Shown here piece after piece: positions 12,613-27,100 of a stretch of 64,000 bases of DNA. A program made the position numbers and the translations under genes. Source of the DNA: Gnetum montanum (lineage: Eukaryota > Plantae > Gnetophyta); contig MNCI01002242.1 in the NCBI GenBank assembly GCA_015680685.1, positions 443,478 to 507,477 on the forward strand. Reading direction: 5' to 3'. The notes under the pieces are model-generated. The model ran no database searches. It saw only the letters and a list, made by a program, of their open reading frames with translations, and was not told where the DNA came from. Position 1 is the stretch's first letter. Each line of letters begins with the position of its first letter.

Positions 12613-15600
12613 AACAAAAATTGGTTTTATCAATTATGATGGTGGTAGCACTAGCTCCATGGGCAGTTGAAGCTTTGTCAAAGTGCATGATGTCCTCATA
12701 TCCTTTGGGTATCTCATTGACGATGTTGACATGCTCATCAAGGAATTTAGGATCTATGGCTGTGTGGAATTTAGGATCTATGGCTGTGTTGTTCTCTATC
12801 AGGGAAGTTGTGAGTTGAGCAGCTATAGCTTGACCTTTCATTGAGGCTTGGGAGATGTAATGTAGATCAAACTCGACTATTATGGCCTTCCACAAGGCTA
12901 TGTGCCTACTCATAAATGTTGGTTGTTATGGCTCTCAGCACATTATCCTTGCATATTGCGTTGACTTGGCTGCTAAAGAGGTAGTGTCTCCACTTCTTTA
13001 AGGAGAAGACTAGGGCTAAACAATACTTCTCAACTTTAGTGTATCAGGTCTCATAGGCTATCATTGTATGCCTCAAATAGTAAATGGGCAGCTATGCCCC
13101 ATCATCCTATTTTTGATAGAGAAGAAAGGCTATGGATGTGTCAGAGATTGCAAGGTAGATGTAAATTGGTTTGTTCTTCTGAGGTGGGTACATGGTGGGC
13201 AATTGGGCCAATCCTTGCTTAATATTGTTGTAGGTTTTTTGGCATTGGTCAGTCCACTCATAGTGAACTCTTTTTTTAAGAAAATGTTGCATGGGTTGTA
13301 GCTTATTTGTAAGTCTTGAGATGAACCTACAAATTAATTGCTATCTACCTTGTAATCCTTGTAGTTCCTAAAAGGTAGTAGGTGTTTCCGAGTTGGTTAT
13401 GGCCTTAACCTTATCAGGATTGATACGTATCCTTGCCTCAAATACTATGAAACCAAGCATCTTACCAATTTTAACGCTGAAGACACACTTCTTAGGATTA
13501 AGTCTAAGCTTGTACTTTAGGCAATGTTGTAGCACCAGGTTCAGGTTGTGTGCATAGTCATTGGCAATCTTGGACTTTATAGCTATGTCGTCAACATAAG
13601 CATTTAATAACCCTAGCATGTAGTTGCTGAAAATGTAGGTCATGGCTTGTTGATAGGTTGCACCCACATCCTTTAGACAGAATGACATTATGGTATAGCA
13701 AAAGGTTCCCCAAGGGGTCATGAAGGTTGTGTAGAGTTGATGCTCTAGGTTAATCCTAACTTGGTTGTATCTCGAGAATCCATCCATGAAAGATAGCAAG
13801 GCATGGCCAACTATAGTATAAATGAGTTGATCAACACTAGGCAAAAGGAAATTATCTTTAGTAGTTGCCTTGTTGAGGCCTCGGAAATCGATACAAGTAC
13901 AAATTGGGAGCTATGTCTTTAGGTGCAAATCTTTGAGGAACCACTTTTAACCTGTGAAAAATTTGTTCTTCTCTCATGTTTGCCCAAGCAATGTTTTCTA
14001 GATCTACCCTTGCTAGGATATTTTCCCTCTATATGTTTGTCCACTTAGGTGGAGTGCAAGAGAAGTCAGTAGTGGTAGTTTCCCTAGATGTAGCAGTGAT
14101 TTGAGTAGAAGACTCAATAGCAACCATGGACTTCGGGAACATGTTAAAAATGTCCTCTGCACCTATCCCTTGAACAAATAACTCGTATGTACGTTGTTTC
14201 ATGGCTGCCTCATGCCATAATTTTATGTTATTTTTCTTCTTTACCTTGTATAGGCGTTTGTGAGCCTTTTGTTTTTTGGCCCATTCTAATACCCATGTGC
14301 AATAATCGTGCCAATCCTTGGACTTTCAAACTAGGAGCTCCATCTGCATGTCATTCTCTACATTACTCTTAGCTAGAGCAACCTTACCTTGGATGGCGCT
14401 CCAATAACGGGACCACTTGATCTCTTTAGTGTGCAAGGAATCCCTATTAGACACACATGCCTCTATGAATTCTTTGCAATCTTTGAGGCTCTTGACTTTG
14501 TTGGTTAGCTCCTTATTTTGCTTCCTCAATGCTACAACCTCCTCCCATAAGAATTCATTCGAGTGTTGGGCCTCCCAAGGCCCAAAATGTTTTTGCACGA
14601 GATGCAGCACATTTCATGGCCCCTTCATACAACCTACGTGGAATGTTCTCAATGTCGGATGGCAATGTGGGGACCTCATCAAATTCAAAGTTTTGTGACG
14701 GGTTCCATTTTACTTTGCAAACTGCTGCAAACCAAAAACATTAAAAACATAAAAATATAAAAAAACATAAAACATAAAAATATATAAAAAACATAAAACA
14801 TCGAGCCATAAAAACTTGAAAAATACAAAATATAGTAATAAAAAAAATCAAAACATAAAACAAAATTTAAGATGCACTAGGAAGATCATGAGACAGGTTT
14901 ATTGGAGGGTTGCTTTTCGGAGGCAAATCACCTAAGATGGAATCCAAAACGTCTAGAGCCTCCATGGATGCCCTTTCCTTATCTTCGTGTCGTTGCTCCT
15001 TTGCAGCAACCTTAGCAACCAACTCCCATTTTTTCCCTACAGCAAGTCAGAACCATTAAAACATTAAACAAATTAGTGAATATTTAACAACAATAATATA
15101 ACTAAAAACATACAAATTTTTTAAAACTAAAAATTAAAATAATACATATGTAAAGATATTTACATACCTCCAACATCTTGATTTACTGTGTTGAGTTTGA
15201 TCATCATCTTCTTAGGTGCTTACTTATCAGGAATCTGAATATTGTCTTCAGCACGTGGCCTCTTTATCTTCTGTCATCTACTTCTATGCGTAACCTTTTT
15301 GCCTTCTTTGCATGTAGCATGAGGTTCAATCCCCATTTTGTCAAGGAAACAACTACGTAAACCACTAAGATTCTTAGTGGTAATATACAGCGATTCCCCT
15401 ATCTCCTCCACTAGTGAATTTTGGTGACACATCACTTAAGTAATATGTTTAGCTCAAGGCCTGGAGAGTTGGAAAGCATCATGTGCAACCCACTTTCCAT
15501 CTCTCTTGATTACCAAGAACTCTGCAAACCTCCTAAGATATGCACAGAAGAATGTAAAATGCACATGATGAGTATTATTGAGGTTATTGCAGAGCTTGCG

Positions 15601-15666
15601 GGTTTCATCCCTTAGACCAGTGGTCAGGAAGGTAGCCCAATTGGACATAGTGCCATTTGTTAAAAC

Positions 15667-15915
15667 TATTGGAAAGACCAAGTAAATTCCTGATTTTGTG
15701 GACTAAGTAAATTCCTGATTTTGTGGGATTAATTGCAGTTTTTTGTGGAGTTTGTTTTCCCTGATTTATAGCTTCTGCTTTTCTGATTTCTAGGAGATTG
15801 GTTTTCTTTTTAATTTGTTTCTTGAAATATGGAATAAGGCTGGTCTATAAATCCTTGTATGTAATCTTTCATAAACTTCAATAAAGAGATCTATTTCATT
15901 TCATCTCTTTGTTCA
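15667..15915 (+). repeat. 5' LTR of copia element (contains a 25-bp tandem duplication)
   Basis: About 12-13 substitutions versus the 3' LTR over 224 bp (manual count). Ends GTTCA before the PBS. Confidence 0.95.
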
Positions 15916-18900
15916 TGGTATCAGAACCAAGTTAAATGGCCAAAAAAAATTCTTCTTCCAAATCCTCTTTGCCTAGCACACTTGAAAGCATGCCGACGAC
16001 AACTGTCTGAAATCCTTTTTGTTCTTCTTCTCAACCCTTTGAAAATTCAAATAACCCAGCACAAACTCAATGGAACCAACTTCCGAGAATGGTTTTAGTC
16101 CCTTTTTCTTGTCCCTAAAGGCAAAGGAAAGTCCGGATATGTCATTGGTACAATTTTGCCTCTTGAATCCACTGACCCTATTGTACTTGGGATGCCGAAA
16201 ATTCCATAGTGATGGCTTGGTTAATTAATTCGATGGAGCCGCAAATTGGAAGGACATATTTGTTCTACAAAATTGCTAGAGACATATGGGCAGCAGTTCA
16301 AGAAATCTACTCAGATTTGGAAAGCATGTCACAGTGTTTTGAAATATGCTTGAAGCTTCATGAGATGCGACAAGGAGACAAATTAGTCACTGATTATTTT
16401 AATTCTTTGACTGAATTATGGTAGCAGATGGATTTATTTTATGAAATGCAGTGGCAAAGTCTTAAAGATGAAGTCAAGTTTGCTCGGATGATTGAAAAGG
16501 AGTGGATCTTTGATTTTTTACAAGGGCTGAATAAAGAGTTGGACGAGGTATGGGGCAAAGTGTTGAGCACAAAGCCTTTTCCCATCATTCGTAAGGCTTT
16601 TGCCGAAGTAAGAAGAGAGGAAAGTAGGACGAAGGTTATGTTTTTGACCGGAATAGATGCTCCTTTGGTAGGATCAGCCCTTGTCACACACCAAAGCAAG
16701 CAACATCAAAATAGTCAAAGATCCAGGAAGGAGAAGTTGTGGTGTGATCACTGCCACAAGAATCATACACGGGATACTTGCTTCAAAATCCATGGATACC
16801 CACCAAATTACGAGCCATGGAACCATTGGAGGCAAACAAAGCCCTTGTTGTTGAGACTATTGTAGAGAATGATAAGTTTGGTAATCTCAATCTCATTACT
16901 GAACAAATTAAAGTGTTACAATCAATATTGAGCAATCCCAACCTGCTCAAGGAGGCCAACACATCATCAAAGACTCCCATAGCCTCAGTTGCACATAGAA
17001 GTAATCTAAGTACCTCATGTTTTACACATTGCCATGTAAATGATAAGCGGATTGTTGACACAAGTGCTTCAGATCACATGTCTGGAAACAAGAGTTTATT
17101 CTTAGAATTAAAGGAGTGTCATGATGATATTAAGATCACTATAGCTGATGCTACTATGCCAAGAATAGTAGGTTGTGGGTCAATTGATATTTTTGGGATG
17201 AATTTAAGATTTGTTTACTATATTCTGGAGTTAAAGTATAACGCCCTCTCTATCAGCAAATTGTCAAAAGATCAAAATTGTGCAGTAACATTTTCCCCTT
17301 CCCTCTATGTGTTCCAAGACCTATCTTCGGGGAGGATGATTGGCAGTGCTGAGGAGAAACATGGTCTCTACATTCTCAATGGTGCTGGTTCTTCTTCAAA
17401 AATTCAATCTTGTGAAAATGTCTTCCTTTCAACCTTGTCTAGTTCAAAAATAATACTTTGGCACAAATGCCTTGGTCACCCTAGTTTTGTTAATCTCAAA
17501 TCTTTGTATCCAACTTTGTTTATTAATAAAAATCCTTCATATTTTTAGTGTGAATATTGTATTGGTGCAAAACAAACTAGAAAAAATTATCCTTCTCATA
17601 CATATCAAAGTGTCAAAGCCATTTCATCTTATACACAGTGACATATGGGGTCCTGCTTATCAATCGACTCTCACAGTCTCTAAGTGGTTTATCGTGTTTA
17701 TTGATGATCATACAAGGGTGTGTTGGGTTTATCTCATGAGAGAAAAATCAGAAATCGAATCCATTGTTAAATAGTTTCACAAATATATCTTAAATGTCTT
17801 TCAAACCAATATCCAAATTTTGAGAACTGACAATGGTAGAGAATATTTCACAAATGACCTGACACAATACCTAAATGATAATAGAGTGTTTCATCAGAGT
17901 TCTTGTACATACACCCCTCAATAGAATGGAGTGGCAGAGAGGAAAAATAGACATTTACTAGAGGTAGCCCGAGATCTTATGTTCACTAGTCATGTTCCAA
18001 ACTCTTTTTGGGGAGAAGCTTTGTTAACTACAGCCTATCTTATAAATAGAATGCCATCCAAAACTCTAAATCTTTGAACTCCTCTTAGTTGTCTACTTGA
18101 TACCTATCCTCATGTCCGTATTCTTAACTCTCTTTCTCCTAGAGTGTTTGGTTGCATTGCATATGTCTATGATCATCACCCACAAAAGAGTAAACTTGAT
18201 CCCAAATCCTTTAAGGGTCTCTTTATTGGCTACTTTCCATCTCAAAAGGGATATAGATACTTTCACCCCTCTTCTAGAAAATTCTTTGTCTCTTATGATG
18301 TAACTTTTTTGGAAGATCAAATGTTTTATCCCAATAGTTCTCTTCAAGGGGAGATGATGAGTGAAGATGATCATTGGGATTCCTCTATCTCACTTCCTAT
18401 ATCTATTCCATCTAAGTCTCATTCTTCACCTCCAACCAAACCAGACAATCCTCATACTGAACAAATCCCTTCAAATCAGTGTGATCACGAATTGAATCGA
18501 GGGGGAGAATCAAGCATCTCCAAACCAATTATGGTTTATTCAAGGAGACTAGAGACTCCCCACGATGTGCAACTATCTGAACCAAGGGAGGATCTTGAAA
18601 CCATGGAAGAGGGTATGGTGTTATCTGATGATTGGATCTTCCTATTGCTCTTAGGAAAGGTGTTCGAACTTGTACCCAACATCCCATCTCCTGGTAGCTA
18701 ACCTACTCAAATCTGTCTCATCATTACGAGGCATTTGTCACTAGCCTCAATAGTGTGGAGATTCCAAAAGATATTTAGAGAGCCCTTCAGAATTTGAAAT
18801 GGAGAGCAGTTGTTGAAGAAGAGATAAGAGCACTTTGAGAGATTGGAACGTGGGAGGTAGTTGATCTTCCTAGTGGGAAGAAAGTTGTTGGTTGCAAGTG

Positions 18901-20304
18901 GGTATTCATAGTGAAGTTCAGGCCTAATGGGGAGATAGAGAGGTATAAAGCTCGCTTGGTTGCTCAAGGATACACCCAGACTTATGGTAATGACTATGAA
19001 GAAACATTTGCCCCTATTGCCAAGATGAACTCACTCAAGGTATTGTTGTCACTTGCTGTAAATCTTGAATGGGATCTTTACCAAATGGATGTAAAGAATG
19101 CTTTTTTGAATGGAAATTTGGAGGAGGACGTGTTTATGAAGATGCCACCAGGATTTGAGATGGGAAGCAACAAAGTGTGCAAGCTTAAGAAGTCTTTGTA
19201 TGGTTTGAAACAGTCTCCTAGAGCTTGGTTCACAAAATTTACCTCAGCATTGCAGAATTTTGGATACACCCAAGGGCAGGCCAATCATACAATCTTCGCT
19301 AAGCAATCATTGAGTGGAAAGAAGTCCATTCTTATTGTGTATGTGGATGATATTGTGATTACCGGCGAGACAACTTAGAGATTTGAGAGTTGAAGACTAA
19401 ACTGAAGAATGAATTTCAAGTCAAGGACCTTGGGATCCTCAGGTATTTTCTTGGTATGGAGATTTCTAGAAGCAAACAAGGTATCTTTGTTACCCAAAGA
19501 AAGTATGTTCTTGATTTGCTTAAAGAGATATGAAAAATAGGTTGTAAATCGGCTAGCACACCATTGGAAAGGAATTGGAAACAAAAGGTTACAGATAATG
19601 ATTTCCCAGTTGACCGTGAGCAATATCAATGTCTGGTAGGAAAACTGATCTACCTTTCACTTACTAGACTTGACTTTGCCTATAGTGTGAGTGTGATCAG
19701 TCAATTTATGCATTCACCTATGAATAGACATCTCGAGGCAGCCAATCATGTACTGAGATATCTAAAGGGATCTTTTGGCAAGGGACTCTTGTTCAAGAAA
19801 GGTGAATTTCAAGAGGTGGAAGGCTTTGTTGATGCAGATTGGGCTGGATCAATGGAAGATAGCAAATCCACAACTGGATACTATGTGAAATTATGGGGAG
19901 ATCTTGTGAAATGGAGGAGCAAGAAACAATTAGTTGTAGCAAGGAGCAGTGTTGAAGCAGAGTATTGGGCAATTGCTTAAGGAATGCGTGAGCTCTTATT
20001 TGGATTGGGGGACTTCTAAAGGATCTAAAAATTTCATTCTCAGGTCCTATTAAGCTCTACAGTGACAATAAATCAGCAATAAGCATTGTTCACAACCTAG
20101 TTCAACATGATTGAATGAAGCATGTTAGAATAGATAGAAGCTTTATCAAGCATGAGATTGACTCCGGAGCAATCAACCTAGCTTATATTCCTACCAAGTA
20201 TCAAGAGGCCGATATCCTCACCAAAGCATTATCAAAACCAGGTTTTGGGTCATTAGTTTGCAAGTTGGGAATGATAGATATCTATTCTCTAGCCTGAGGG
20301 GGAG

Positions 20305-20528
20305 TGTTGGCAAGACTGAGTAAATTCCTGATTTTGTGGGATTAATTGTAGTTTTTTGTGGAGTTTGTTTTCCTTGATTTATAGCTTCCATTTTTATGAT
20401 TTCTAGGAGATTGGTTTTCTTTTTAGTTTGTTTCTTGAAATATGGAATAAGGCTGGTCTATAAATCCTTCTATGCAATCTTTCATAAACTTCAATAAAGA
20501 GATCTATTTCATTTCATCTCTTTGTTCA
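20305..20528 (+). repeat. 3' LTR of copia element
   Basis: TG...CA termini, follows the PPT, followed by the TSD. Confidence 0.95.
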
Positions 20529-23500
20529 AAAACCTTTTTCATTGTTCAAAGTTCTTGAACTCTTATGGTTTTTTTTCTGCGATAGGAGCCATGGGAAAGG
20601 TGCTAGCGTGAAAGACAAGGTAGGCTTCATTGGCCTCCTCAAATTCACACTTGTTAAAAGATAGTGTTGCATTGGGAGGTGAGTTAAGCCAAACCTCCAT
20701 TTTCTCTTGATGGCTTGTATCTTTTCTTGCTGTAGTGGCAAACTTGGCATCACTAGAAGGTATGCCAAAGAGATCATTGAACATGGACTCATTAATGTTC
20801 AACACAACAAGATAACCATGAATGCGAGTGATGAATTCTGTGATCCCTTCATCAAAAGAGACAATCACATTCAATATCTCAGTAGGTGACATCAATGGAC
20901 TAGGCAACATGAACAAGCCTAATAAACCTGCATTAGTGAGCCTCTGTAGAACATCCGTAGGAGCTTTCTTTACTAGCCACTCTAGTGCTGAGTTTATTTT
21001 GCCCCACTTGAGTTTAATCTTCTTCTGAGAATGGCCTGAAATGGTTATGACAACTGTAGACTTATGTATAGAATCTGTAGCTTAACATAGTTGACCTATT
21101 AGCCTTGTAAAATCATAAAAAACCAAATAATTCAAAACAACTAAAAAACTTTAAAAAACCAAAAAAGAACAAACAACACAAAAATACAAAAACAAAAATG
21201 CTAAAAATGATGGCCATGCTTAGACAAATTCCACTTTCTAGGCTTAGGCAAAGTTGGAACCTTAGGTTGAACCAGTGCACATACTTCTAAATCTGGGTGG
21301 CCCCATCATTCGTGTGCATAATGGATAGCTACACATGCTTGAAACACATGAGAATACCACATAGGATACCTACCAAACTCATCACCAAGTTGGTTGAGCA
21401 CTTGCAATCTTATGACCTCACCTTGTGTAAATGTCTCCAAAGTTGTAGGGGTTATGGATAAAATTGGATCATTTTTCACCAATACTCCATGATTTACCTT
21501 ATATTTTCAGAAAACGAAGCATGAGAGCAATTAAAACCAAACCACAGTAAAGCTAAAAATAAACAAAAATGTCAACTTAAGATAGGGCTTGCTCTTCTAA
21601 GAGGTAGAAAGTTCCTGAAGGATTTTGGAATAGATTGTTTATTTTGTCAGTTAGCATCAAAGTGTTATCGATGTTGTATTGCGAGTACTTTGGCATCTCT
21701 CAGGCCTGCAATAATGTTCGCACTCCCATAGAATGCGAGCCATCATTCCCCTCTCTCTCTTTGGGTGTCAAGATCATCAACCATGAACCTCATGATTTGG
21801 TTGAAGGATCTTGCCATGAGAGTCTCTACGATCACGATTGCAACATCCATAGCTAGGTGTGACTACATGATCACATCGTAGTGTCGGAGTAGGTACACTA
21901 AGAACTCTCTAGTGCCAGGTCTAAACTACACTTGGGTGTGTTTGTCTCTACTTATATTGGGGTTCCAATTGTTTTGGGAGGCCATCCCAGTGCAACATAG
22001 GATGCCCGCAAACTCCACCACAACCAAAATAGTTTTCAGCAAGGCCCTATGCATAGCCAAAACACATGACCATTAGAACATTGAAAACCATAAAAATGTT
22101 AAAACAAAAATTAACAAAATTCAAACCAAAATAGCCTCTAGGATGACAACGTTGCCGTTGAATACAAAACATGAAAAATGACCAAATTTACCAATGTAAC
22201 TACACAATGCAAACCAAAATCCAGCCTTTATAGTTGAATCAACATGGCCAAAAACCAAATTTTACATATTGATGGGCATGTAACATAGCAAAAAACGAAT
22301 TTGACATTTTCACAAATAGTTAGCTTGTGAGACCTTAGAATAAGCATTTTCACAAACCGTTGACATGAAACCAAGCTTCAACAAAACTAGAAGTCAAGAT
22401 TGATTGCATTGGGGCTTGATGAATGGAATTTTTTCAGAAATTAGTGATCAAATAGTCCACACAAGGTTCATACATTGGGAATATTGGTAGAAAAATGAAA
22501 CACAAGTTTTCTTTGCTCTTGGAGCCCACACACTGCCATACCTTCCCACAAAAAAACCTCAATAGCCTTTCTTTGTTGCCCTATCAAGCCCAAAGAGTAC
22601 CATATGCTGGCCACAAGATAGAAAAATTCCATGAATGTCCAAGCCTAAGGGACTGATGCTGTCAATTCTAGCCATGAAATCCAAAAATTCTACAACCAAA
22701 CTCCACACTGACCAATACAGATCCTGGGGCTTTGAAAAACTTTGAAAAAAATTATAAAAAATTATTTTCCATTACAGACGTAGAGAACACAGACCAAACA
22801 ACCAAAATTGACCACCAACGCTGCAATCCTAGTGTAGAAAAAACCACAATTGTGCCAGTTTTCAGCTGAAATTTTGACCAAAAACCCTGGTTTGCAATGA
22901 ATCGAACTGTAGTAAACACTTTGGGAAAAATTCGTAACAAATGTTAAAAATTCCAAACTTTGAACAAAACCCTTCTATACTGCATTCATGGGTCAAAAAT
23001 TTGACAGCGCTGCCAGTTTTTCCATTGAAAAACTGTAAAATAGTGACAAAACTATCTAGAATAGTGAACACTAGGTTGGGAAAAAGCCTATAAAAAAGTA
23101 AACAAAAAATCTAAAAAATATGATTCCACTTCCAGTTTAGCTGAGAAACCCCAAACAACAATCCCACACAATCAGAAATGAAAAATTTTATCATATGTAG
23201 GCTAGAAAAAATGTCAAGATTTGACCAAAATAGGGAAAAATAGAGCAAAAATGCTATATAAAGATTTGGGGAAAAACTGAAAGCTCCTTCAATTGATGTC
23301 CCCAAAAACCTAAACTTCAATCCCAATACAATCGATGGGCCTAGATCTACAATTTGACACAAGAAGTTCAAAAAATTTTCAACCTAGGTAAGCCTAGAGG
23401 TGGAAAAATGTTTTCACAAATTTGATTAAAATTGGAAAAAATGGTGAGAAATTGTCACCTAGTGCCCCTAGAGGAAGATCCTTTGCTTGCAGAAGGATTT

Positions 23501-24119
23501 GAAAGTCTAGAAATAATGCAAAGAGCCTCCTCTGCCTTGTCCGAAACGAGATTCCAACTTCTCAATCTGATCTTTTTTGACATGGGGTCTAGGATTTGTG
23601 AATTCTGCCTTCACTGCCGCAGGGAAAAGCCTGAAATTTCTTGCTTTGCTACGACAACACTATGGGTAGGGATGGATAGAAGCCAAGATTGCTGGGAAAA
23701 TGTTAGGAATTTGGTTTTTGAACACCACTACAAATCCTAGGCACCACACATGGGAGATTTGGAAGGAAACTAGTTGTGGAAAATCCTCCAAAGTGCATCA
23801 CATGTTTACAAGAAAAACCCTTTGAAACCCAAGAAAAACCTTCGACATGTTGAGTTTAAGAGATATTTAAGTAACTTAGTTTCATATGTTAAATGTTTGC
23901 CAAAATCTCCACTTTCCTATTTCCAATGTTGTCATATGGGTAGTTTTTGGTAATTTGTGGGCTCCACAAGACTTCGTCCAAAACTCCAAAACCTGACATG
24001 TTGGCCTATATGATTCTTAGGAGGGATGGAAGGGAGAAACAAGCTTCATACATTGAGTTTTGGCTGCAGTTTTCTTGCTTCATACGTTGAATCAATCAAT
24101 ACATAGGAACCAATGATCA

Positions 24120-27100
24120 TCATCTTGACAAATGATGAGTAGGAGTGGGGGATGCTTGTGACGTGATGGGCGGAGATGTTGTAGAGGGACTTGGCATAGA
24201 ATTTGGTGCTAGAAGGCTCGGTGGAGTCGTAGGCAACAACGTTGGTGGGAGGCTAGTGGGTAGCACTAGTGGATGTTTAGGCGAAGAACCTAGTGGGGGT
24301 GAGACGGTTGTGAACAATGACATAGTAGGCTAGCAGCTTGGAGATGGGGGCATTGAGGCATGCTCTAGGTTGAAGGGCACCATGTGATTGTAGGTCTGGT
24401 GTCCATTGTGCAAGGGCGTGCGTACAATGGAGCTAAGCTTGATAGGCAAGTTCATTTTTTCCAACACAAGGCCTAAGATGGACATAATTAAGAAATGGAT
24501 GGTAGCGACATGGGCATTTGGAAATGTTGAGGTTCAAAGTTTATTGGAGGACTTGCGCCTCTTCATTTTCTGTTCTGCTGTTGACTATGATAGCATGCTT
24601 ATGGGGGGCTGTAGTTTTATGGGGCTTGGGGTTTGGTGCTTACATCGTGATGCCCTAGTGTGCATCTGGATGCAAACCTATTCTCTTGAACACTACTATG
24701 GATCTATGTTTTGGGTATTTTGTGGGAACTATGGACGATAGATTTCCTGAAAACCACAGTCCCCCATAAGCATGCTATCATATCAACAGCAGAACAGAAT
24801 TTTCAAGGTCCCCCTTGCCAAGTTCTTTGGGGAATTCATCACTTTTGATATATTTACGAATTTGATGGAGCGAATGGGGTTTGTTTGGTTGTGTCTGGAG
24901 GGCATTGTCATCTCAGGACATTGTTCAGGAGGTGGTCTTGGATCTCTCGTTCAGGGAAGTAGAAATGCTCATGGAATACGAGAATATCGAGGTTGATAAA
25001 CCTCTTGAGGATTAGTTGGTTGTTGGATTCCATTACACTATGTGTGGGAAAGCCAACCATCATGCTGCTGCTTGTCGAGTTAGAATCAAGGCACTTGAGC
25101 CTCACAAAAAGGATGGGGGTAGGTGGATGGTGGTAGGGAAGCGTGGACGTCCCCTATTGGAAACCATGCCTAATGCTACTCCTTCAACACTTGGGTTTCC
25201 CGGGGGGTGGGAGGGAGGGAGGCTCCCTTGCTGATCCAGGTTGTGGCATTTCTTGGCTTTAGGATTCTGCTTGGGTGGGGGATGGGGGGTTGGCAGGAAG
25301 GGGGGAAGGGGGAATCTCCCTCCGCTAGGGGATTGGATGTTAGTAGTGCAGGGATCTTTGATGCCAAAGGTGGTAGAGGTTTTGAGGACTGCAACATAGA
25401 GTAGTGGAGGGTTCCCAGTCTCATCGGAATCTTGGAAGGTCGGTAGACCCCTAACATTGGTGGCTTGTAGCAAGAATACACAGATGGAGATTGACCTGGG
25501 TTTTCAGCCGACCTTGAAAAAGGTCTACAAGAAACAGTTCGTTGGTGGACCATGAGGATCTTATCATCGAATTGCAGGGGTCAAGATACACCCTATAAAA
25601 GAAATACCTTGACGTAAATTGTGCATAGGGAAGATTGTAATGTGGTGTGTTTGTGAGAGACAAAGCTACAATAAACAAAATCTCATTTTTGCGCTCAGTT
25701 GGACGGTAGACACAACTTGTCGCTAGTTGGGGTAGGGTGAGGGATTTGGCTGTCCTCTCACTAATGTTGTTTGAGTTAGTGGATTCGTCTACCTGGAGTA
25801 TAACCGTTTTCATGGTTTCTTCTAGAATTTGGCTCACAAATTTTTATGGGGCTTAGGACTAAGAGGTACAGTTGGAGGAGCCTAGGAGGATTTTACTACT
25901 GGTGCCAGATAAAAGGAAGTGGATCTTGGTTGGGGATTTCAACTAGCGGTTGCATGCTTGGGAGAAGTCTAGGGGTGACAATACTAACCCCCTTGGTAGT
26001 TAATAGTTTTTGTTTTTCATGTAGTCCCATGACATCGTAGACATGGAAATCAAGGATTGTCTTTTCATGTGGAGTAATAGGCCACATCCTATCTAGGATT
26101 GATAGAGTCAGGGTTAGCTCAAATATATTGATGAACTTTGGGATCCAGGTCTCGGGGAAGAAACAACATGCCTTTGATCACTGATTGGCGGTCCGCTTGG
26201 TGGGGAGAATACATCAGCAAACTAGCTTGCCTTTTCTCTTTGGACGTTTGTGGCTATTGAAGCCTTGGTTGTGGTCCTTAGTGACGGAGATTTGGGCGCA
26301 TTACTATACTCATGTTGATCCATGGGACTTTCTTAAAGATGGGCTAACCAGGCTTAAGTGAGCCATCCGCTTTAAGAAGACAAAGGAGAATTTTTCCTCT
26401 TAGGCCTATGAAGCTACCTTACAAAAAGCATTAGCCAAGATCCAAGCTCCACAAGAAATGGGGATGTTGTTGGAGGAGGCCGAATAGGAAGTTCTCAAAG
26501 AACTATAGGCACTTTTTGATGAAGAGGAGTTGTACTAGAGACAATGGGTGTGAATTAGGTAGTTGAAGGAGGGGGACAGAAATACATGGTTCTTCTTCGC
26601 CACTGCTAAATCAAATGGACAGTCCAAGAGGATGCATCATTTGGTGCAGGAAGGGACCACTTATGTTCATGCCCAGGAGATTGTGCGGGTGATTCACACA
26701 TATTGGGATAAGATCTACTGCAAGCACAACACCTTGCCGCTGTCTGTCTTGGTGTGGGCCATGAATGGTGAGGAAGAGAACCACTTGTTGCTTGAGCCTT
26801 TTATGTGGATTGAGTTGGAAAAAGCCATGGTGTCGTTGAAAGTTGACAAGGCCCATGGGCCTAATGGATGGCCTATTGAATTCTTTAAGGAGTTTGCTGA
26901 TGTTTTGGAAATGAACATGATGCTTAGATGACAAAAAATTTGTTGCAAAATTGACTACTCTAGGATGGTGCTTATGCCCAAGACGGCCAAACCCACTGAT
27001 CCATCTCAGTTTCGGCCAGTTAGGGTTTGTAACACCTTTCGCTTGTTTACGAAAGTGCTGGTTAGATAGTTGGCCTTGATGATGCCATGCTTGGTGGGGG

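Larger units (their letters stand above)
15667..20528 (+). mobile_element. Full-length Ty1/copia LTR retrotransposon (Ale-like size), inactivated
   Basis: 5' LTR 15667-15915 and 3' LTR 20305-20528. AAAAC TSD at 15662-15666 and 20529-20533. PBS TGGTATCAGA at 15916, PPT GAGGGGGAG at 20296-20304. Order gag (CDHC..H...C), PR, GAG-pre-INT, INT (IHSDIWGP), RT (YVDD), RH (DADWAG); stops and frameshifts present. Confidence 0.97.
12613..24090 (-). mobile_element. Ty3/gypsy (Tat/Ogre-like) element copy B with RT, RNase H and extra archaeal-type RNase H remnants; carries a nested copia
   Basis: RT LLSFMDGFSRYNQ...YVDDIAIKS (13368-13844), connection/RNase H region (12900-13300), MKGQAIA and MHFDKAS aRH motif (12620-12850). 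The aRH domain is typical of Tat/Ogre. Accessory ORF at ~14300-15660 and 20530-21090. Confidence 0.82.
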
